The position numbers were made by a program, and so were the translations under genes. A stretch of 64,000 nt of DNA from Octopus vulgaris (lineage: Eukaryota), in contig OX597814.1 in the NCBI GenBank assembly GCA_951406725.2, forward strand, positions 6,634,001 to 6,698,000, read 5' to 3'. The notes beneath the pieces were generated by a model. That model ran no database searches. It was not told the DNA's origin and worked only from the letters and a program-made list of their open reading frames with translations. This document shows, piece after piece, positions 38,855 to 50,881 of the stretch. Within the stretch, counting starts at the first letter, position 1. The number at the start of each line of letters is the position of its first letter.

Positions 38855-39246
38855 CGAACCTTATCAAAAATATTTTTTAAAGTTAAGTGTAATAAAAAAG
38901 TTTATAATTGTTTCTTACTAGTTTCAACAGAGTCCACGTGGTGGTGTTTTGTGGGTGGGGAGCATAATGGCTGTCTTGCGCATTGGGGAAATGACCAGTG
39001 GCCGAAATAGCAGTAGTAGCAGTGACTGTTGGTCATAGTAGTAGTGACCGTGGTGGTTGGAGTTGCAGCAGCAGTTCATTGGATCTGTAGTAGTAGCAGC
39101 AGTGGTTGGAGTTGTAGTAGCAGCAGCAGTAGAAGACTGTTAGTCATAGTAGTAATAGTAGTGACCATGGTGGTAGTAGTAGTAGCGATTGTGGTGGTGG
39201 TAGTGGTAGAATTCCATTTTTCTTTTCGGAAAACCAATATTTAGTT

Positions 39247-39750
39247 TTAATGTTCCTGGCCCAGGGTGTTTAAACTTGGTCCGAATTTTCTAATGTAATG
39301 GAGTTCTTTGTTATGACATTGAGTGAAAGTTACGTTGTTACTGAATTGGCAAAGTGGGAAAGTTGTGAACTTTGGATTTTTATTTGAAGCGCATTTGTCT
39401 ATGTGGCCGCTGACAGGTATTTTCCTGTATTCAGGATTCCTAATTTGGGATTTATGTACTGCCATCCTTTTTTGTAGGCTGTTCTTTGTACGGCCAATAT
39501 ATTGCCTATTGCACCTTGTGCATGTTAACACATAAATTAAGTTTTCCGATGCACAAGTGAAGTTTGTTCTGATGGTAAAATGATGGCCTTGTTCTAATGT
39601 GCATTCCGAACCTTCTACTAAGATGACACAGATTCTACAGTTGGGCTTTCCACATTTTTTAACTGTTGATCTTGTGGTTGTTACAGGGTGCAGCTTAGCT
39701 TGGGTTAAAATCTTTTTTAAGAATTTTGGTTGCTGTTTACTTTTTATGAT
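39247..39750 (-). mobile_element. Penelope-like element, GIY-YIG endonuclease C-terminus
   Basis: KCGKPNCRIC..FTCASENLIYVLTCTRCNRQYIGRTKNSLQKRMAVHKS..E..YI..LN, the IY...YIG, R, H, E, N signature with an upstream Cys linker. Confidence 0.9.
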
Positions 39751-39789
39751 AGTGTACGTTTGGGAGTGCCCACATCAACAATAAGCTCG

Positions 39790-40319
39790 TAGGATGAGTT
39801 CCTGGATCTTAAGAACCTTCTGGTCCAGAGAACAAGGTGTCTTCATTCCACTTTTCTCCTCCATTGTATGGCCACACCTTAAATACTGGTGCCCCTTGTG
39901 GTCTCCCCATACAGAAAAAAGACATCTCAAAGATTGAATCACCCCAGAGGGCACTCACTAAAAGAATTGAAGGCATGACTGATCTCGATTACTGGGACTG
40001 CCTTAAAGCTTTGAAACTCTACTTTCTCTAGTGCTGCTGTGAGTGATACATCATTTGTACGATGTGGAGAATATACTACCAGCATTGCCCAAGCGACCTG
40101 AACATTAGTTTCAAGGTTCATCTAAGGCTAGGACCATGGGCCATACGTCCCCTGCCCAATTAAGGATTGCAACATATAGGTCACTGCAACACAATTTCTT
40201 TTCCTCAACAGGCCCTGCCCTGTTTAACATTGTCCCAAAACTGATCAAAGAGGAAAAGGATCCCATCACCTTTAAACGAAATTTGGACAAATTTCTTCAT
40301 GGAATACCAGATAAGCCAC
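39790..40319 (+). mobile_element. CR1-group LINE 3' ORF2 fragment
   Basis: QKKDISKIESPQRALTKRIEGMTDLDYWDCLKALKLY..FKRNLDKFL. Confidence 0.8.
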
Positions 40320-41010
40320 TCAAACAAAACCCACAGCAGCATGCCTTTCACTGGTGTACACACATACATCAAGTAAGATGCTCAATCAGTTATTTCAATC
40401 TTATTCTGTTTAAATTTTCTCCACCAAATTTCTACAATGGAATCATTAATAGTGGAATAAGATTTCAGAGAGTAGACTTCTCTCAAGAACCATTATTCGC
40501 TGCTAATTACCAAATATTAAAAATTCTTCACTTTGAAACTTGCTGATAAATTAACGAGGCTGTATTTTAGGAAGAATCTCTTGGAAATGTGTAAACTCTT
40601 GAAATATTGCAGTTTTAACGGGAATATCAAATGTGTAGCTGGGGATGTATGGGTGAATGCACACGTGTGTGTGTGTGTGTGAGTGGGTGCGTGCTAGTGT
40701 AAGTTTGTTTCTTGTTTTTCTTTGTGATTATGTTGCTTGTTGTTATGTCTAGAGTCAGTGCACATCAAAGTGATTGCATCCATCACAATCCCATCTTATT
40801 ATTTTCAGGAATAATGTACCTTGGTGTACAAGTCCCAATGTGTCCTTAGTTTAAAATGGTATTTAGTTGCCCTCCTCCTTCCTTATCCCCCAGCCCCTAC
40901 TTTAACCCCTCTTGCTGCAGTCATGTCTTCCCCATCCCTAAACACCCCCCCTCACACTCACATGAAACATCCCCCCTCTCCCCCCCTCTTATACTCCCTC
41001 CCTACTGTTC

Positions 41011-41390
41011 CCTCTTTTACTCTTTTACTTGTTTCAGTCATTTGACTGTGGTCATGCTGGAGCACCACCTTTAGTTGAGCAAATCGACCCCAGGACTTAT
41101 TCTTTGTAAGCCTAGTACTTATTCTATTGATCTCTTTTGCTGAACCACTAAGTTACGGAGACATAAAAATCAACCCCAGGACTTATTCTTTGTAAGCCTA
41201 GTACTTATTCTATTGGTCTCTTTTGCTGAACCACTAAGTTACGGAAACATAAAAATCGACCCCAGGTCTTATTCTTTGTAAGCCTAGTACTTATTCTATC
41301 GGTCTCTTTTGCTGAACCACTAAGTTACGGGGGACATAAACACACCAGCATCGGTTGTCAAGCGATGTTGGGGGGACAAACACAAACACG
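41011..41390 (-). mobile_element. SINE family 1 tail with an internal ~86-bp segment triplicated
   Basis: AAATCGACCCCAGGACTTATTCTTTGTAAGCCTAGTAC...GTTACGG occurs three times in 41081-41340. Confidence 0.88.
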
Positions 41391-41599
41391 AGATAAATCT
41401 CCAACAGCACCTATTTCTCTCTCCCATCTTCCTTCCCCTTCCTTGCCCCACTAGGGTGGCCGAGTATCTCCTCTGTCGTAAGACAACCATCCCTGTCTCT
41501 CTCTCATATTCTAACCCTTCACCTGACACACAACCACTTCCCTCATTTCTGTTCCCCCTCTTTCTCTTGCAGGCCCCTTGGTCACCTTGCTGATGTTGG

Positions 41600-44392
41600 T
41601 ACCATGCCAAAAGTACTTATGCCAGTGCTACATAAAAGGTATGTTGGCTGGTGAGACATTGTAAGAACAGGAGCTGGTGTCATATGAAAATCGCCCAGTC
41701 CCCTCGCCCTCCGTAAAGTCAAAGGCATTAGGAAGGGCACCCAACTGTGGAAACCATACTAAAACAGACAATTGGAGCTCAGTGTAGCTCTCCAGCCTTG
41801 CCAGCTCCTATCAAACCATCCAACTCATGCCAGTATTGGAAACAGATGTTAAACAATGATGATTGAAATCGATCAAAAATCAATGGAAATTGTAGTTGTG
41901 ATACCAGGGCCGGTGGCACGTAAAAAGATCCATCCAAACCTGGCCATTGCCAGCGCCGTCTCGACTGGCCTCCGTGCCAGTGGCACATAAAAAGCATCAA
42001 CCTATTGTGGCTGTTGCCAGCCTCTCCTGGCACCTGTGCCAGTGGCACGTAAAAAGTACCCACTACACTCACGGAGTGGTTAACATCAGGAAGGGCATCC
42101 AGCTGTAGAAACACTGCCAGATCAGACTAGAGCCTGGTGCATCCTCTTGGCTTCCCAGACCCCGGTCAAACCGTCCAACCCATGCTAGCATGGAAAACGG
42201 ACGTAAAACGATGATATTGATGTTGATGATGATGTTAATGTTTCGATTATAACATGATTTTGTGCTTGTGTGTGTATTTATATGTGTATGTTCTGTAGTT
42301 ACTTGCATGTGTATGTATACATATATTAAACATACATATAAGTGGTACACAAAGGAGTCATACCCAATGACTGGTGTAGCAGTAAAGGTGATGCCTTAGA
42401 GAGGAATAATTACAGAAGTATCAAATTGTTGGATCAGGAGATGAAAGTTACGGAGAGAGTCATAAAGCAACTAATTAGGGAGAGAGTCAGTCTAGATGAG
42501 ATGCAGTTTGGGTTTGTACCAAGCAGAAGCACCACTGATGCTATAGTTCAGGTAAGACGGCTGCAGGAGAAATACATAGCCAAAGATGTACTTGGCTTTC
42601 ATTGACATGGAGAAAGCCTTATCTGGTGGTCAATGCAGAAACTAGGGATAAATGAATGGTTGGTGAGAGCTGTACAGGGATGCTGTCAGTAAGGTGAGGG
42701 TTGGCAATGAGTATAGTGAAGAATTCAGGGCAGAAGTTGGGGTTTATCAAGGACCAGTCCTCAGCCCCCTTGTAGTCATCATAGTCCTCCAGGCAATAAC
42801 AGAGGAATTCAAGACAGGCATGGAAGCAAGGTCTAGAATTGAAGGGTCTTATATAGCAAAAACCAAAGCAAAAACCAATATAGCAAAAACCAAAGCAAAA
42901 ACCAATATAGCAAAAACCAAAGTATTAGTAAGTAGGAAGGCAGACAAATCACAAATCTCTTCTGGTAGATGGCCCTGCTCGATCTGTAGAAAAGGCATAG
43001 GTAGAAACTCTATAAGAAGCACCCATGGTAAGCTTTAGGTACATAAAAGCTGCAGCGATATCAGAGGAAGGTTAATAGGAAAAATAGTTTTTGTGTGTGA
43101 AAAATGCACAGGTACAATTAACACTAAAAGCGTACAGAAAATAAATTCCATCAAATGCCAAGGAGGTAAACTAGAAGTAGTCAATAGCTTCCATTACCTA
43201 GGTGACCAAGTCCAAAGTACAGAGAGTTCCTACCTCTGCTGGCAACAAAGGGCCTCTCGTTCAGAGTGAAAGGCAAACTGTATGATGCATGTGTGCAAAC
43301 AGCTATGCTACACAGCTGTGAAACATAGGCTGTGTCTGCTGAGGACATGCACAGGGTTGTAAGAAATGAAGCTAGTATGCATCACTGGATGTGTAATGTC
43401 AGTGTGCATGCACGACAGAGTCTAAGTATCCCGAGAGAAAAGTTGGGCAGAGGAGGCATCAGATGTGGTGTGCAAGAGAGACGACTGCACTGGTATGGTT
43501 ATGTGATAGGTACAGATGAGGACAGCTGTGTGGAAAAAGTGTCACACCCTAACCATAGAGGGAACCTGTAGAAGAGGTAGACCTAGGAAGACATGGGAGA
43601 GAGTGTTTGTTGGGATGCAGCCGCGTGCTGTACAAGAGGAGAAACATATCACCAAACTCCTCACACACGGTCGTATTCTCACAGTTTCAAATTTCTTCAG
43701 CATGTGGCCAGTAATTTCAAAGTCCATTACATCAACCCCTGTCCTCAACTGGTTCTTATTTTATTGATGAAAAGCAAAGTCGATCCCGGCAGCATTGGGC
43801 CACATGGAAGCAATGACAAGTGACCAAGACCTTTGGTGACATGCAGTGCTCGAGAAGAAGACCCATCAAGCCAAGTGAGATCATAGTCGTGGCTGACGCC
43901 AGTGTCACATAACCGGCCCATTCAAAAGCACTCTTTATATGTTGAGCGATCTGCTGTGCTTATGAAGGCTTGTCGAGCTAAGTGATATTGTAGTCATGGT
44001 TGATGTCAGTGCCACCTGTGCAGGTGGCACGTAAAAAGCACATTTTAAGTGTTGGGCCTCATGGAGGCAGTGACAGGTGACTGAGACCTTTAGCGATATA
44101 CCGTGCTTGTGTTGACCTGTCAAGCCAAGTGAGACTGTAGTAGTGGCCGATTTTGGTGTAAGGACGATGGCACCCATGCCGGTGGCACATGAAAAACACC
44201 CACTATACTCTCAGAGTGGTTGGCATTAGGAAGGGCATCCAGCCATAGAAACCTTGCCAAATCAGACTGGAATCTGGTGCAGCCCCCCACCCCCCACCTC
44301 CATCCCAGCTTGCCAGTTTTCAATCAAACCGTCCAACCCATGCCAGCATGGAAAGCAGACATTAAATGATGATGATGATGATGATGATAATG
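41600..44392 (+). mobile_element. Cluster of RTE family A copies: tails plus a decayed RT-to-3'UTR copy at 42342-44392
   Basis: NYRSIKLL, QFGFVPSRSTTDAI, GVYQGPVLSP, WPCSIC and ERRLHWYG; (GAT)n tails. Confidence 0.9.
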
Positions 44393-45159
44393 CTACATGT
44401 GTATATTTATATTTGATGTAAGAGAACATGCGAGGAAGCCATTTGAGTTTATCTTTCTATTAATTCTGGAACCAGTGTCTGCTGTAATAGCTGGAAATTC
44501 CTCACACAACATAATATATAACCCAAGATAAAATAAAATAAAAAAGAAACAAACAATGAAATAAAGAATTATTTGCTCCATCCTCCCCCCCCCCCATTGC
44601 CATCATAGCTCTCCTCCTTCTTCACCCCCCCCACCAACCTCCCTTCCCATACTCAACCTGAATCATATCATTAGTGGTGATTTTAGTTCTATTTACCTGC
44701 AATATTTAGAATCATTCACAAACCATCAGTTTATAAGAGCTTCAGCTATTAGCCAACCTCCAGTGTAGTCATTATTCCATTGTAAAAGACATTTTCCATT
44801 GGAATAATTCCTGCTCGTTATCAGCAGAAAACTCTAAAACCATTTAACTATGTTTTCTGACAGGATCCTGTAACATGAAAAGTTTGTTTGTCTCATGAAA
44901 TCCAGGATTTGATTCCACTGCAGTCTGTCTTGGACAAGAGATGTTACCATACTGTCTGGTCGATCCAAAAGCTGTCAGCTAAAGAGGGAAATGGAAACTG
45001 TGTGGAAGCCTTTTGGCTGGATTTTAAATGTATTTTGAGAAGTCAATCTTCTAATTCTCATTGATTCTGTTGAGAGTTAGTTTAAAAGTAGCAGTGTGTC
45101 TGTGTTTATTAATTAAAAATACATTAATCAATAAATAACGAAATGCATATATACATTCT

Positions 45160-45985
45160 TTTTTTTTACTTGTTTCAGTCATTTGACTGCAGCCATGCTG
45201 GAGCACCATCTTGAAAGGTATTTTTAGTTGAACAAATTGACCCCAGGATGTATTTCTTGAAAGCTTAGTAATTATTCTATTGGTCTCTTTTGCCAAACTG
45301 TTAAGTTACACGGTACATAAACACACAAACACCAATTGTCAAACAATGATAAGGGGACAAACACAGGAACATGCATACTTAGACACACACACACACAAAT
45401 ATATATCATCATCATCATCATTTAACGTCCATTGTCCATGCTGTCATGGGTTGGATGGTTTGACTGGGCTGGCACACTGGAAGGCTGCACCAGACTCCAA
45501 CCTGACTTGGCATGGTTTTCTATGGCTGGATGCCCTTCCTAACACCAACAGGCTTCTTTCAGTTTCCATCTACCACATATGGAATTTGGCCAAAAATAAA
45601 AAATTTGTATTTGATTGTTGAATGTGGGAAATCAGTCAACTTGGCTTGATGGGTCTTCTGCTCAAAGATAGGTCTTCTTGATATAGAATATAAACCCATA
45701 TCAGAAACTTCCAACTTTATTCATCATCATCATCATCATTTAACGTCCGTTTTTCATGCTGGCATGGGTTGGACGGTTCAACTGGGATCTGTGAAGCCAG
45801 AAGGCTGCATCAGGCCCAGTCTGATCTGGCAGTGTTTCTATGGCTGGATGCCCTTCCTAGCGCCAACCACTCCAAGAGTGTAGTGGGTGCTTTTTACGTG
45901 CCACCCGCACAGGAGCCAGACGGAGCTGGCAAACGGCCACGAACGGATGGTGCTTTTTACGTGCCACTGGCACGGGGGCCAGGTG
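45160..45985 (-). mobile_element. SINE family 1 remnant with a nested RTE tail, followed by another RTE tail
   Basis: SINE tail split by (ATC)n-TTTAACGTCC; second tail at 45720-45985. Confidence 0.75.
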
Positions 45986-46134
45986 ATTATTCAGTTTAAA
46001 AATTAACTCTATTAGACCCAACAGAAAGCACTCTCAATTGAAGAGCCCAACTCAAACAGGGAAATGTTTGCAAACAGTGCATAGCTTGCACAAGCAGCAG
46101 TTGATAACATGATAAAAACTCATTTGACTCATTC

Positions 46135-46520
46135 TACATCGTCATCATTGTTCGACCGAAGTCGAGATAATGGAATTTACTATGTTACACCAGACTTCAC
46201 GGTCCATCATAGCATTACAGAGGTCCTGTCACTGGATGCCTGTATCCCTGGAGATTACATCAGGGTAGGAGAGTGTGCGCCCTCTGGTATTGCGAGTAGA
46301 TGGCTTCCAGAGGAGAAGAGTAGGAATTACCTCATTTTCAGCTCTACAACAATGTCCAGCAAACTGGACTCTCCTACCTTTCACAAGAGATGACACAGGT
46401 GGTAGTTTCCCATATATTTGTACCTTGGTTGGATGACGCTTCCACGAGAGATTTTGAGCTCTCATAAGGAGGCGAGTGTAGGTTCCATCCAACAGCCTCT
46501 GAAGCTTCTTTGATAACGAT
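46135..46520 (-). mobile_element. RTE-like LINE family B 3' fragment
   Basis: LDGTYTRLLMRAQNLSWKRH..RRVQFAGHC; same family as 59072-59580. Confidence 0.88.
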
Positions 46521-46805
46521 TGTCCAATTCTATAATATATAAGCCTAATCATACAACACATGAAACGCAAATACCATACAATAAAATATCACAATGCATG
46601 AACACCACACAACAAACTACACACCTCACATTACACAAACGCTACACAACAGAGGAAACATTGAATATAGCAGAAACTGGTTTAGTGAGCAAACACGATT
46701 CTGCATTGTTAACAGACAAGGTTGTACATACCTCAGGTACATAAAAGGTGAAGCTAAGAACGTCAAAGAAAAAATACTGGCAAAAAAAACTATTGACAAC
46801 ATGCT

Positions 46806-47157
46806 GAAGAAGAAGAAGAAGAAGAAGAAGAAGAATAAGGAGAAGAATAAGGAGAAGAAGAAGAAGAAGAAAGAAGAAGAAGGGAGGAAGAAGAAGAAGA
46901 AGGAGAAGAAGAAGAAGAAAGAGAAGAAGAAGAAGGAGAAGAAGAAGAAGAAGGAGAAGAAGAAGACAAAGAAGAAGAAGAAGAAGACAAAGAAGAAGAA
47001 GAGGAGGAAGAAGAAGAGGAGGAGGAGGAGGAGGAAGAAGAAGAAGAAGAAGAAGAAGAAGAAGGAGAAGAAGAAGAAGAATTGGAAGAAGAAGAAGAAG
47101 AAGAAGAAGAAGAGGAAGGAGAAGAAGAAGAAGAAGAAGAAGAAGAAGAAGAAGGAG
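46806..47157. repeat. Long imperfect (GAA/GAG)n polypurine tract
   Basis: About 350 bp, almost entirely purines on the plus strand. Confidence 0.97.
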
Positions 47158-47477
47158 AGCACATCAACAGCAATGACTAGAAGAAGTAGAAAATGTTGAA
47201 AAAAAAGCCATCCATGATTAAGGATTGAAAGAAATGAAGAGTGGGGTGGGGTGGGGTGTGAGGAAAGGAGATAAAATCATGCACAATGACAGTGCATTGT
47301 TGTTTTAGCTCCACCCACTCCTCTACACACACCAGAAAAGAGAGAAGAGAAGAGGAGAAAGATGAAGTGAACGTCTCCAATCACGATGACATTTCCTAAA
47401 CCATGGAGATTGCTGATAGTAAGGAGAGACGTACTTGTGTCTCTGTCACACTAAGGTGGCGGAGAAGATGGAAGTAT

Positions 47478-47709
47478 GTTATGATGATGATGGCAATGAT
47501 GATGATGATGATGGAAATGATAGCGGTGGTGGTGGTTTTGGAGGTGGTTGTTGATGTCGTCATCATTGTCATTTCCATTGTCATGGTGAATATTATGAAG
47601 ATATTGATGAGGATAACAATGATGATGATGATGATGATGATGATGACAGTAACTATGTCTATGATGATGATTATAACGATGATAGTGGTGGTGGTAGTAG
47701 GGGGGAGGA

Positions 47710-47742
<33 letters not shown>

Positions 47743-47755
47743 GGTGGTGGCAGTA
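47478..47755. repeat. (GAT/GGT)n degenerate microsatellite
   Basis: Direct inspection. Confidence 0.9.
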
Positions 47756-48151
47756 GTCATGGACAACACAATTGATAGTGAAAGGCCTCAATATTTTAGA
47801 TGTGCAACTGTTAAGATGAATTTCATCTTTTAATCTCCTCTTTAGAAACCAAACACTTTTTTCCTTTTCTAATATTTCCGTCTACACCACATTATAATCA
47901 GTTTGATATGGAGTCAACAACAAATGTCATATTCCTGGATATATACATAGTGCTGGACTGGATTCATATCTATGCTGGATTCATCAGGCAAAACAATAAT
48001 ATTCTTATGAAAAACAACCCTTCTCAGATATTTAAGAACTGTTGCTACAGAGCCTGAACTTGGAGGCTTTGTAAGAAAGATGACAAAACCATCAAAATAC
48101 CAGACATTCATCTGGTAATATCCAAAGAACTTTAAAAATTTGTCGACGAAT

Positions 48152-48572
48152 AGGCGCAGGAGTGGCTGTGTGGTAAGTAGCTTGCTAACCAACCACATGG
48201 TTCCGGGTTCAGTCCCACTGCGTGGCATCTTGGGCAAGTGTCTTCTGCTATAGCCTTGGGCCGACCAATGCCTTGTGAGTGGATTTGGTAGACGGAAACT
48301 GAAAGAAGCCTGTCGTATATATGTATATATATATATATAAGTATGTGTGTGTATGCGTTTGTGTGTCTGTGTTTGTCCCCCTAGCATTGCTTGACAACCA
48401 ATGCTGGTGTGTTTATGTCCCCGTCACTTAGCGGTTCGGCAAAAGAGACCGATAGAATAAGTACTGGGCTTACAAAGAATAAGTCCCGGGGTCGATTTGC
48501 TCGACTAAAGGTGGTGCTCCAGCATGGCCACAGTCAAATGACTGAAACAAGTAAAAGAGTAAAGAGTAAAGA
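48152..48572 (+). mobile_element. SINE family 1 (complete)
   Basis: GGCGCAGGAGTGGCTGTGTGGTAAG (A box), GGTTCAGTCCC (B-box-like), TCTTGGGCAAGT and a (GAGTAAA)n tail. Confidence 0.93.
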
Positions 48573-48721
48573 GAATGGAAAGTTGAGAAGTGAAAAGTGA
48601 AGAAAGAGAGTGAAACAAATGATTCCAGGACAAAAGAAATCAGGGAATTCATCAGCCCTAAATCAGGAAAATCTACAGAAGAAATACATTTGAATGTATT
48701 TAATAGAGTTTGGTATTGTGT

Positions 48722-49230
48722 TCATCATCATCATCATCATCATCGTTTAACGTCCGCTTTCCATGCTAGCATGGGTTGGACGATTTTGACTGAGGTCTGG
48801 CGAACCAGATGGCTGCACCAGGCTCCAATCTTGATCAGGCAGAGTTTCTACAGCTTGATGCCCTTCCTAATGCCAACCACTCTGAGAGTGTAGTGGGTGC
48901 TTTTTACGTGCCACCAGCATGGGGCCAGTCAGGCGGTACTGGCAATGACCTCACTCAAATCTTTTTACACATGCTACCGGCACAGGTGCTAGTAAAGTGA
49001 TGTTGGTAATGATCACGCTTGAATGGTGACCTTTTACATGCCACCGGCACAGAAGCCAGTTGGCTGCTCTGGCAACGATCATGCTCGGATGGTGCTCTTG
49101 GCACCCTACTAGCATGGGCACAAGTGCCAGTAAGGCGACGCTGGTAATGATCACACTCGAATGGTGCCCTTTTATGTGCCACTGGGATGGAAGCCGGTTA
49201 GCCACTCTGTCTACAATCACCCTCGTATGA
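48722..49230 (-). mobile_element. RTE family A 3' tail
   Basis: (ATC)n-GTTTAACGTCCGCTTTCCATGCTAGCATGGG; same subfamily as 23510-23975. Confidence 0.9.
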
Positions 49231-50018
49231 TTTATTCCTCGCCAGGAATAAACACCTGATGATGATCAAAGAATAAACTGGCTCAAGACCCACAGTGGTG
49301 AACTAGCAGAATCATCATCAGTAGACCAGGTAAAATGCTTAGCAGCATTTCATGTGATAACATTCTGAGCTCAAATGCTGCCGGGATCGACTTTGCTTTC
49401 ATCAATAAAATAAGAACCAGTTGAGGACAGGGGTTGATGTAATGGACTTTGAAATTACTGGCCACATGCTAAAGAAATTTGAAACTGTGAGAATACGACC
49501 ATATGTGAGGAGTTTGGTGATATGTTTCTCCTCTTGTACAGTGCGCGGCTGCATCCCAACATAACATATTGTTATATAAGCCATAATACATGTTTTTATG
49601 CAGTGCCAAAGTAAATGAATAAAGGACGCCAAAAACCGTTCTACTTTTATAAAGAGAAGATAGATTTTATTCACAGTGTACAAAGTGATTTGTGATTTTT
49701 AGTGTAGTGTTGTGTCATGAATGCATGCTTATAATATTTGTGTCTGTGTGTTCATGTGTGCGACAGAAGTACAGAATAGGGTGCATGCGAATACAACAGA
49801 GCATAAGAGAAGTCTCAACAATTTGAGTTAAAATGGAGTTATATTAGAGTTATTTTACCAGTTCATGTAGAACACGATAATGAGTTCTATAACAAGATTT
49901 GAGTCTCGGAGCTGAGATTAGTTGAATCACTTGTTGTGCATATTTTTCTCTTGATATAGATATTCTTTCAGATATATATACTGCAACTGTTTTTCCGTGG
50001 TGAGATTTTCACACTTAC

Positions 50019-50370
50019 AGCATGAGTAGAATCTGTATTTATCTTGTTGTGAACAAGTTGAATCTTCGTAGATGGAGACGATGTTGTGATGACGTTCTGT
50101 CTGTCGCTGGTTTACAGTAGCATCTTCATAGTATCGTTGGCTTAGCTGTCGTCTGCCTTTCGAACTGGAACATGTAAGCTCTGTGTGGTCTCCGACCAAG
50201 ACCTTAAAAGGTCTTAAGCCGAAAGACAGTGAATCATCAAATAATCAGTCTATTTATGGAGTTAAGATGGCTCAAATGAAAGGTCCTATCCGAAAGCCGT
50301 GATTGGTCAGTTTACACACTGGCGCGAAATAAGTAGAGAGACAGACCGCGCTTAGATGCTAACCAATCAG
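50019..50370 (-). promoter_or_regulatory. Candidate Pol II promoter and first exon of a minus-strand transcript
   Basis: Two CCAAT boxes (50302-50306, 50363-50367), an E2F-type TTTCGCGCCA (50320-50329), a TATA-like CATAAATA (50251-50258), an Inr-like TCACTG ~28 nt downstream, and a GTAAGT donor at 50018-50013 preceded by ATGCT. Confidence 0.45.
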
Positions 50371-50881
50371 ATCAGTGGACACAATAAGGTTAAACTAGCC
50401 AAAGATGTTTGTAATCTCAAACGAGATCATTCCTAATGTTTTTCTCAAACAGTGAAGACAGCAATGAAGATAGCAATATTGCTACAAAACCAAAACATAA
50501 CATGGATGTAATTAAACGAAAATATGTTCCAGAAGGCCTGAAATTTTGGTAGGAGGAAGTTAATCAACTGCATTAAGCCCAGGGCTCAATTCTTAATTAC
50601 TTCATTGACACGAAAAGAATGAAAGGCAAAGTCAACCTCAGCTGAATTTGAACTTGGAACCTAAAAATGGATGGTGTCCAAGGATATTGGATAAAGAAAC
50701 TGAGAAGGCTCCATGGAAGGATAGCAGAACAGCTGGATGGATACTGGAAGGAAGGCATAGTTCCCTATCAAGTGTTAAACAGGGAACTCTTATCACTGAA
50801 TATTTTTGAGGGTAGTTTGACTGTTTCCTGGAAACAAATTTCATTAGTCTTTTTGGAGTTGAATGAAATTACAATATTTAA

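Noticed and set aside
46594-47199. Long poly-Lys, poly-Phe and poly-Ser ORFs
   Set aside because: These are translations of the (GAA)n microsatellite.
48153-48225. tRNA-like sequences (also at 53800 and 55871)
   Set aside because: These are SINE heads continuous with SINE bodies, multi-copy in the window, with no complete cloverleaf.
49250-49280. CTGATGA next to a small hairpin, as a hammerhead
   Set aside because: No GAAA core or stems II/III can be formed.
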